Assembly: GCF_009914755.1 (NCBI RefSeq)
Contig: NC_060937.1
DNA from: the human T2T-CHM13v2.0 reference genome, Homo sapiens
Reading direction: 5' to 3' (one strand)
DNA length: 64,000 bases
Shown here: piece after piece, positions 54,750 through 64,000 of the stretch
Layout: each line of letters starts with the position of its first letter
Numbering within the stretch: the first letter of the stretch is position 1
Made by a program: the position numbers and the translations under genes
Notes under the pieces: generated by a model
What the model saw: only the letters and a program-made list of their open reading frames with translations
What the model was told of the DNA's origin: nothing
Databases searched by the model: none

Positions 54750-56617
54750 GTGTTTCAAACCTGCTCTATGAAAGGCCATGTTCATCTCTATGAGTCGAAT
54801 GGAAATATCCGAAAGAAATTTCTGGGAATGCTGCTGTCTAGTTTTTATACGAATTCCCGCTTCCAACGAAATCCTCAAAGCAATCCAAATATCCACTTGC
54901 AGAATCCACAAAAAGAGTGTTTCAAAACTGCTCTATCAATAGAAAGGTTCAACTCTTTTAGTTGAGTACACACATCACAAACAAGTTTCTGAGAATGCTT
55001 CTGTCTGGCTTTTATTGGAAGACGTTTCCTTTTCACCAAAGGCATCAAAGCGCTCCAAATGTCCACTTCCAGATTCTTCCAAAAGAGTGTTTGAAACGTG
55101 CTCAAAGTAAGGGAATGTTCAACTCTGTGACTTGAATGCAGATATCACCAAGTAGTTTCTAATAGTGCTTCTGTCTAGATTTTAGATGATGATATTCCCG
55201 TTTCCAACGAAATCGTTAGAGCTATCCAAATATCCACTTACAGTTGCTACAAAAACAGTGTTTCCAAACTGCTGCATCAAAAGAAAGGTTCAACTCTGTT
55301 AGTTGAGGACACACATCACAAAGAAGTTTGTGAGAATGCTTCTGTCTAGATTTTGTATGACCATATTCCCTTTTCCAGCGATATCATTAAAGCAATCTAA
55401 ATATCCATTTGCAGAATCCACAAAAATAGAGTTTCAAAGCTGCTCTGTAAAAAGAAAGGTTCCACTCTGTTAGCTGAGTACACACATCACAAACTTGTTT
55501 CTCAGAATCCTTCTGTCTCGTTTTTATGGGAAGATATTTACTTTTTCACCGTAGGCATCAAAGCGCTCCAAATGTCCACATCCAGATACTCCAGAAAGAG
55601 TGTTTCAAACCTGCTCTATGAAAGGGAATCTTCAACTCTATGAGTTGAATGCAGACATCAGAAAGAAATTTCTGAGAATGCTGCTGTCTACCTTTTATTT
55701 GAACTCCCGCTTCCAACGAAATCCTCCAAGCTATCCAAATATCCACTTGCATTTTCCACAAAAAGAGTGCTTCAAAACTGCTCTATCAATAAATGTTCAA
55801 CTCCTTTAGCTGGGTGCACACATCACAAACAAGTTTCTGAGAATGCTTCTGTCTAGTTTTTATGGGAAGACATTCCCTTTTTCACCAAAGGCATCAAAGC
55901 GCTCCAAATGTCCACTTCCAGACACTACAAAAAGAGTGTTTCCAACGTGCTCTAAGAAAGCGAATGTTCAACTCTGTGACTTGAATGCAGATATCACAAA
56001 GTAGTTTCTGAGAGGGCTTCTGTCTAGATTTTAGATGATGATATTCCCGTTTCCAACGAAATCATTAGAGCTATCCAAATATCCACTTACGGTTTCTACA
56101 AAAAGAGTGTTTCCAAACTGCTGCATCAAAAGAGAGGTTCCACTCTGTTAGCAGAGTACACACATCACAAACTTGTTTCTGAGAATCCTTCTGTGTCGTT
56201 TTTATGGCAAGATATTTACTTTTTCACCGTAGGCATCAAAGCGCTCCAAATGTCCACATCCAGATACTCCAGAAAGAGTGTTTCAAACCTGCTCTATGAA
56301 AGGGAATCTTCAACTCTATGAGTTGAATGCAGACATCAGAAAGAAATTTCTGAGAATGCTGCTGTCTACCTTTTATTTGAATTCCCGCTTCCAACGAAAT
56401 CCTCCAAGCTATCCAAATATCCACTTGCAGATTCCACAAAAAGAGTGTTTCAAAACTGCTCTCTATCAATGGCAAAGTTCAACTCTGTTAGTTGAGGACA
56501 CATATCACCAACAAGTTTCTGAGAATGCTTCTGTCTATTTTTTATGGGAAGATATTTCCTTTTTCACCGTAGGCGTCAAGGCGATCGAAATGTCCACTTC
56601 CACAAACTACAAAAAGA
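54750..56617 (-). repeat. 11-mer HOR (1868 bp), A-del cassette
   Basis: ataaatg deletion; private variants at 56153 and 56208. Confidence 0.93.
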
Positions 56618-58997
56618 GTGTTTCAAACCTGCTCTATGAAAGGCCATGTTCATCTCTATGAGTCGAATGGAAATATCCGAAAGAAATTTCTGGGAATGCT
56701 GCTGTCTAGTTTTTATACGAATTCCCGCTTCCAACGAAATCCTCAAAGCAATCCAAATATCCACTTGCAGAATCCACAAAAAGAGTGTTTCAAAACTGCT
56801 CTATCAATAGAAAGGTTCAACTCTTTTAGTTGAGTACACACATCACAAACAAGTTTCTGAGAATGCTTCTGTCTGGCTTTTATTGGAAGACGTTTCCTTT
56901 TCACCAAAGGCATCAAAGCGCTCCAAATGTCCACTTCCAGATTCTTCCAAAAGAGTGTTTGAAACGTGCTCAAAGTAAGGGAATGTTCAACTCTGTGACT
57001 TGAATGCAGATATCACCAAGTAGTTTCTAATAGTGCTTCTGTCTAGATTTTAGATGATGATATTCCCGTTTCCAACGAAATCGTTAGAGCTATCCAAATA
57101 TCCACTTACAGTTGCTACAAAAACAGTGTTTCCAAACTGCTGCATCAAAAGAAAGGTTCAACTCTGTTAGTTGAGGACACACATCACAAAGAAGTTTGTG
57201 AGAATGCTTCTGTCTAGATTTTGTATGACGATATTCCCTTTTCCAACGATATCGTTAAAGCAATCTAAATATCCATTTGCAGAATCCACAAAAATAGAGT
57301 TTCAAAGCTGCTCTGTAAAAAGAAAGGTTCCACTCTGTTAGCTGAGTACACACATCACAAACTTGTTTCTCAGAATCCTTCTGTCTCGTTTTTATGGGAA
57401 GATATTTACTTTTTCACCGTAGGCATCAAAGCGCTCCAAATGTCCACATCCAGATACTCCAGAAAGAGTGTTTCAAACCTGCTCTATGAAAGGGAATCTT
57501 CAACTCTATGAGTTGAATGCAGACATCAGAAAGAAATTTCTGAGAATGCTGCTGTCTACCTTTTATTTGAATTCCCGCTTCCAACGAAATCCTCCAAGCT
57601 ATCCAAATATCCACTTGCAGATTCCACAAAAAGAGTGTTTCAAAACTGCTCTCTATCAATGGCAAAGTTCAACTCTGTTAGTTGAGGACACATATCACCA
57701 ACAAGTTTCTGAGAATGCTTCTGTCTATTTTTTATGGGAAGATATTTCCTTTTTCACCGTAGGCGTCAAGGCGATCGAAATGTCCACTTCCACAAACTAC
57801 AAAAAGAGTGTTTCAAACCTGCTCTATGAAAGGCCATGTTCATCTCTATGAGTCGAATGGAAATATCCGAAAGAAATTTCTGGGAATGCTGCTGTCTAGT
57901 TTTTATACGAATTCCCGCTTCCAACGAAATCCTCAAAGCAATCCAAATATCCACTTGCAGAATCCACAAAAAGAGTGTTTCAAAACTGCTCTATCAATAG
58001 AAAGGTTCAACTCTTTTAGTTGAGTACACACATCACAAACAAGTTTCTGAGAATGCTTCTGTCTGGCTTTTATTGGAAGACGTTTCCTTTTCACCAAAGG
58101 CATCAAAGCGCTCCAAATGTCCACTTCCAGATTCTTCCAAAAGAGTGTTTGAAACGTGCTCAAAGTAAGGGAATGTTCAACTCTGTGACTTGAATGCAGA
58201 TATCACCAAGTAGTTTCTAATAGTGCTTCTGTCTAGATTTTAGATGATGATATTCCCGTTTCCAACGAAATCGTTAGAGCTATCCAAATATCCCCTTACA
58301 GTTGCTACAAAAACAGTGTTTCCAAACTGCTGCATCAAAAGAAAGGTTCAACTCTGTTAGTTGAGGACACACATCACAAAGAAGTTTGTGAGAATGCTTC
58401 TGTCTAGATTTTGTATGACGATATTCCCTTTTCCAACGATATCGTTAAAGCAATCTAAATATCCATTTGCAGAATCCACAAAAATAGAGTTTCAAAGCTG
58501 CTCTGTAAAAAGAAAGGTTCCACTCTGTTAGCTGAGTACACACATCACAAACTTGTTTCTCAGAATCCTTCTGTCTCGTTTTTATGGGAAGATATTTACT
58601 TTTTCACCGTAGGCATCAAAGCGCTCCAAATGTCCACATCCAGATACTCCAGAAAGAGTGTTTCAAACCTGCTCTATGAAAGGGAATCTTCAACTCTATG
58701 AGTTGAATGCAGACATCAGAAAGAAATTTCTGAGAATGCTGCTGTCTACCTTTTATTTGAATTCCCGCTTCCAACGAAATCCTCCAAGCTATCCAAATAT
58801 CCACTTGCAGATTCCACAAAAAGAGTGTTTCAAAACTGCTCTCTATCAATGGCAAAGTTCAACTCTGTTAGTTGAGGACACATATCACCAACAACTTTCT
58901 GAGAATGCTTCTGTCTATTTTTTATGGGAAGATATTTCCTTTTTCACCGTAGGCGTCAAGGCGATCGAAATGTCCACTTCCACAAACTACAAAAAGA

Positions 58998-61545
58998 GTG
59001 TTTCAAACCTGCTCTATGAAAGGCCATGTTCATCTCTATGAGTCGAATGGAAATATCCGAAAGAAATTTCTGGGAATGCTGCTGTCTAGTTTTTATACGA
59101 ATTCCCGCTTCCAACGAAATCCTCAAAGCAATCCAAATATCCACTTGCAGAATCCACAAAAAGAGTGTTTCAAAACTGCTCTATCAATAGAAAGGTTCAA
59201 CTCTTTTAGTTGAGTACACACATCACAAACAAGTTTCTGAGAATGCTTCTGTCTGGCTTTTATTGGAAGACGTTTCCTTTTCACCAAAGGCATCAAAGCG
59301 CTCCAAATGTCCACTTCCAGATTCTTCCAAAAGAGTGTTTGAAACGTGCTCAAAGTAAGGGAATGTTCAACTCTGTGACTTGAATGCAGATATCACCAAG
59401 TAGTTTCTAATAGTGCTTCTGTCTAGATTTTAGATGATGATATTCCCGTTTCCAACGAAATCGTTAGAGCTATCCAAATATCCACTTAGTTTCTACAAAA
59501 AGAGTGTTTCCAAACTGCTGCATCAAAAGAAAGGTTCAACTCTGTTAGTTGAGGACACACATCACAAAGAAGTTTGTGAGAATGCTTCTGTCTAGATTTT
59601 GTATGACCATATTCCCTTTTCCAGCGATATCATTAAAGCAATCTAAATATCCATTTGCAGAATCCACAAAAATAGAGTTTCAAAGCTGCTCTGTAAAAAG
59701 AAAGGTTCCACTCTGTTAGCTGAGTACACACATCACAAACTTGTTTCTCAGAATCCTTCTGTCTCGTTTTTCTGGGAAGATATTTACTTTTTCACCGTAG
59801 GCATCAAAGCGCTCCAAATGTCCACATCCAGATACTCCAGAAAGAGTGTTTCAAACCTGCTCTATGAAAGGGAATCTTCAACTCTATGAGTTGAATGCAG
59901 ACATCAGAAAGAAATTTCTGAGAATGCTGCTGTCTACCTTTTATTTGAATTCCCGCTTCCAACGAAATCCTCCAAGCTATCCAAATATCCACCTGCATTT
60001 TCCACAAAAAGAGCGTTTCAAAACTGCTCTATCAATAGAAATGTTCAACTCCTTTGGCTGGGTACACACATCACAAACAAGTTTCTGAGAATGCTTCTGT
60101 CTAGTTTTTATGGGAAGACATTCCCTTTTTCACCAAAGGCATCAAAGCGCTCCAAATGTCCACTTCCAGACACTACAAAAAGAGTGTTTCCAACGTGCTC
60201 TAAGAAAGCGAATGTTCAACTCTGTGACTTGAATGCAGATATCACAAAGTAGTTTCTGAGAGGGCTTCTCTCTAGATTTTAGATGATGATATTCCCGTTT
60301 CCAACGAAATCATTAGAGCTATCCAAATATCCACTTACAGTTTCTACAAAAAGAGTGTTTCCAAACTGCTGCATCAAAAGAGAGGTTCCACTCTGTTAGC
60401 TGAGTACAAACATCACAAACTTGTTTCTGAGAATCCTTCTGTCTCGTTTTTATGGGAAGATATTTACTTTTTCACCGTAGGCATCAAAGCGCTCCAAATG
60501 TCCACATCCAGATACTCCAGAAAGAGTGTTTCAAACCTGCTCTATGAAAGGGAATCTTCAACTCTATGAGTTGAATGCAGACATCAGAAAGAAATTTCTG
60601 AGAATGCTGCTGTCTACCTTTTATTTGAACTCCCGCTTCCAACGAAATCCTCCAAGCTATCCAAATATCCACTTGCATTTTCCACAAAAAGAGTGCTTCA
60701 AAACTGCTCTATCAATAGAAATGTTCAACTCCTTTAGCTGGGTGCACACATCACAAACAAGTTTCTGAGAATGCTTCTGTCTAGTTTTTATGGGAAGACA
60801 TTCCCTTTTTCACCAAAGGCATCAAAGCGCTCCAAATGTCCACTTCCAGACACTACAAAAAGAGTGTTTCCAACGTGCTCTAAGAAAGCGAATGTTCAAC
60901 TCTGTGACTTGAATGCAGATATCACAAAGTAGTTTCTGAGAGGGCTTCTGTCTAGATTTTAGATGATGATATTCCCGTTTCCAACGAAATCATTAGAGCT
61001 ATCCAAATATCCACTTACAGTTTCTACAAAAAGAGTGTTTCCAAACTGCTGCATCAAAAGAGAGGTTCCACTCTGTTAGCTGAGTACACACATCACAAAC
61101 TTGTTTCTGAGAATCCTTCTGTGTCGTTTTTATGGGAAGATATTTACTTTTTCACCGTAGGCATCAAAGCGCTCCAAATGTCCACATCCAGATACTCCAG
61201 AAAGAGTGTTTCAAACCTGCTCTATGAAAGGGAATATTCAACTCTATGAGTTGAATGCAGACATCAGAAAGAAATTTCTGAGAATGCTGCTGTCTACCTT
61301 TTATTTGAATTCCCGCTTCCAACGAAATCCTCCAAGCTATCCAAATATCCACTTGCAGATTCCACAAAAAGAGTGTTTCAAAACTGCTCTCTATCAATGG
61401 CAAAGTTCAACTCTGTTAGTTGAGGACACATATCACCAACAAGTTTCTGAGAATGCTTCTGTCTATTTTTTATGGGAAGATATTTCCTTTTTCACCGTAG
61501 GCGTCAAGGCGATCGAAATGTCCACTTCCACAAACTACAAAAAGA
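58998..61545 (-). repeat. 15-mer HOR variant (2548 bp), copy of 49822-52369
   Basis: Internal starts 59846, 60526, 61206; shared private SNPs at +9176. Confidence 0.93.
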
Positions 61546-64000
61546 GTGTTTCAAACCTGCTCTATGAAAGGCCATGTTCATCTCTATGAGTCGAATGGAA
61601 ATATCCGAAAGAAATTTCTGGGAATGCTGCTGTCTAGTTTTTATACGAATTCCCGCTTCCAACGAAATCCTCAAAGCAATCCAAATATCCACTTGCAGAA
61701 TCCACAAAAAGAGTGTTTCAAAACTGCTCTATCAATAGAAAGGTTCAACTCTTTTAGTTGAGTACACACATCACAAACAAGTTTCTGAGAATGCTTCTGT
61801 CTGGCTTTTATTGGAAGACGTTTCCTTTTCACCAAAGGCATCAAAGCGCTCCAAATGTCCACTTCCAGATTCTTCCAAAAGAGTGTTTGAAACGTGCTCA
61901 AAGTAAGGGAATGTTCAACTCTGTGACTTGAATGCAGATATCACCAAGTAGTTTCTAATAGTGCTTCTGTCTAGATTTTAGATGATGATATTCCCGTTTC
62001 CAACGAAATCGTTAGAGCTATCCAAATATCCACTTACAGTTGCTACAAAAACAGTGTTTCCAAACTGCTGCATCAAAAGAAAGGTTCAACTCTGTTAGTT
62101 GAGGACACACATCACAAAGAAGTTTGTGAGAATGCTTCTGTCTAGATTTTGTATGACGATATTCCCTTTTCCAACGATATCGTTAAAGCAATCTAAATAT
62201 CCATTTGCAGAATCCACAAAAATAGAGTTTCAAAGCTGCTCTGTAAAAAGAAAGGTTCCACTCTGTTAGCTGAGTACACACATCACAAACTTGTTTCTCA
62301 GAATCCTTCTGTCTCGTTTTTATGGGAAGATATTTACTTTTTCACCGTAGGCATCAAAGCGCTCCAAATGTCCACATCCAGATACTCCAGAAAGAGTGTT
62401 TCAAACCTGCTCTATGAAAGGGAATCTTCAACTCTATGAGTTGAATGCAGACATCAGAAAGAAATTTCTGAGAATGCTGCTGTCTACCTTTTATTTGAAT
62501 TCCCGCTTCCAACGAAATCCTCCAAGCTATCCAAATATCCACTTGCAGATTCCACAAAAAGAGTGTTTCAAAACTGCTCTCTATCAATGGCAAAGTTCAA
62601 CTCTGTTAGTTGAGGACACATATCACCAACAAGTTTCTGAGAATGCTTCTGTCTATTTTTTATGGGAAGATATTTCCTTTTTCACCGTAGGCGTCAAGGC
62701 GATCGAAATGTCCACTTCCACAAACTACAAAAAGAGTGTTTCAAACCTGCTCTATGAAAGGCCATGTTCATCTCTATGAGTCGAATGGAAATATCCGAAA
62801 GAAATTTCTGGGAATGCTGCTGTCTAGTTTTTATACGAATTCCCGCTTCCAACGAAATCCTCAAAGCAATCCAAATATCCACTTGCAGAATCCACAAAAA
62901 GAGTGTTTCAAAACTGCTCTATCAATAGAAAGGTTCAACTCTTTTAGTTGAGTACACACATCACAAACAAGTTTCTGAGAATGCTTCTGTCTGGCTTTTA
63001 TTGGAAGACGTTTCCTTTTCACCAAAGGCATCAAAGCGCTCCAAATGTCCACTTCCAGATTCTTCCAAAAGAGTGTTTGAAACGTGCTCAAAGTAAGGGA
63101 ATGTTCAACTCTGTGACTTGAATGCAGATATCACCAAGTAGTTTCTAATAGTGCTTCTGTCTAGATTTTAGATGATGATATTCCCGTTTCCAACGAAATC
63201 GTTAGAGCTATCCAAATATCCCCTTACAGTTGCTACAAAAACAGTGTTTCCAAACTGCTGCATCAAAAGAAAGGTTCAACTCTGTTAGTTGAGGACACAC
63301 ATCACAAAGAAGTTTGTGAGAATGCTTCTGTCTAGATTTTGTATGACCATATTCCCTTTTCCAACGATATCGTTAAAGCAATCTAAATATCCATTTGCAG
63401 AATCCACAAAAATAGAGTTTCAAAGCTGCTCTGTAAAAAGAAAGGTTCCACTCTGTTAGCTGAGTACACACATCACAAACTTGTTTCTCAGAATCCTTCT
63501 GTCTCGTTTTTATGGGAAGATATTTACTTTTTCACCGTAGGCATCAAAGCGCTCCAAATGTCCACATCCAGATACTCCAGAAAGAGTGTTTCAAACCTGC
63601 TCTATGAAAGGGAATCTTCAACTCTATGAGTTGAATGCAGACATCAGAAAGAAATTTCTGAGAATGCTGCTGTCTACCTTTTATTTGAATTCCCGCTTCC
63701 AACGAAATCCTCCAAGCTATCCAAATATCCACTTGCAGATTCCACAAAAAGAGTGTTTCAAAACTGCTCTCTATCAATGGCAAAGTTCAACTCTGTTAGT
63801 TGAGGACACATATCACCAACAAGTTTCTGAGAATGCTTCTGTCTATTTTTTATGGGAAGATATTTCCTTTTTCACCGTAGGCGTCAAGGCGATCGAAATG
63901 TCCACTTCCACAAACTACAAAAAGAGTGTTTCAAACCTGCTCTATGAAAGGCCATGTTCATCTCTATGAGTCGAATGGAAATATCCGAAAGAAATTTCTG

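Larger units (their letters stand above)
1..64000 (-). repeat. Alpha-satellite higher-order repeat array, SF2, chr13/21 live-array family (D13Z1/D21Z1, alpha21-I-like); probably chr13 D13Z1
   Basis: Seen: uninterrupted ~170-bp monomers, near-identical HOR copies at 1190/1866-1870/2548-bp spacing, CENP-B box TTTCGTTGGAA(A/G)CGGGA on the minus strand in roughly alternate monomers, EcoRI spacing of 340/680/850 bp. Knowledge (recalled, not searched): alpha21-I is an 11-mer with 5 CENP-B boxes, and motifs such as gggaagacattccctttttcacc and ctgagagggcttctgtctag belong to it. Alpha-satellite identity is near certain; chr13 versus chr21 is inference from 7-mer abundance. Confidence 0.97.

Noticed and set aside
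34-63925. The 7/11/15 order as a functional code or marker of the kinetochore site
   Set aside because: The order is explained by nested block duplications. CENP-A position and the hypomethylated dip are epigenetic and cannot be read from sequence.
34-63969. Over 200 repeated ORFs of 67-127 aa (MFQTCSMKG..., MPLIESSF..., MWILQVD..., MSTFQTLF...)
   Set aside because: Chance reading frames in satellite DNA. They overlap on both strands, many use GTG/TTG starts, they show no recognisable domain, and they are identical only because the HOR is. I used them only as positional anchors.
1-64000. CRISPR-like array or novel repeat-spacer system
   Set aside because: The sequence between the conserved motifs is itself repeated monomer DNA, with no unique spacers, leader or cas genes
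1-64000. Embedded L1/Alu insertion, inversion or foreign sequence
   Set aside because: Anchor spacings (29x1190, 8x1868, 2x1866, 3x1870, 2x2548) sum to exactly 63892 bp (34 to 63926), leaving no room for an insertion. All boxes seen are on one strand.
1-64000. Assignment to other SF2 arrays with 7- and 11-mer variants (chr8 D8Z2, chr9 D9Z4)
   Set aside because: Unit sizes alone would fit, but the sequence motifs and the EcoRI 340/680/850 pattern match my recollection of the chr13/21 family. Alignment to T2T-CHM13 or HumAS-HMMER would be decisive.

Overview
The whole 64 kb window is human centromeric alpha-satellite DNA: about 376 tandem ~170-bp monomers in one orientation, with CENP-B boxes on the minus strand. 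I saw no genes, transposon insertions or inversions. The monomers form 44 complete higher-order repeat (HOR) units: 29 7-mers (all 1190 bp), 13 11-mers (1866/1868/1870 bp) and 2 15-mers (2548 bp). Anchoring each unit on the once-per-HOR 'MFQTCSMKGHVH' pseudo-ORF start (34, 1902, 3092 ... 63926), the order is 11,7,7,11,7,7,11,7,11,7,7,7,7,11,7,7,11,7,11,7,7,11,7,7,7,11,7,11,7,7,7,11,7,11,7,15,7,7,11,7,7,15,7,7. The sequence, the 5 CENP-B boxes per 11-mer and the 340/680/850-bp EcoRI pattern match my recollection of the suprachromosomal-family-2 chr13/21 live HOR (D13Z1/D21Z1, alpha21-I). The abundance of 7-mers favours chr13; this is an inference and was not database-checked. All ORFs in the track are artefacts of the repeat. 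I found no new gene system. The interesting signal is evolutionary: a 295-bp internal direct repeat that explains the 7/11/15 series, chimeric 15-mers, nested multi-kb duplications and SNP haplotypes linked to HOR length. Variants were read by eye, so some may have been missed.
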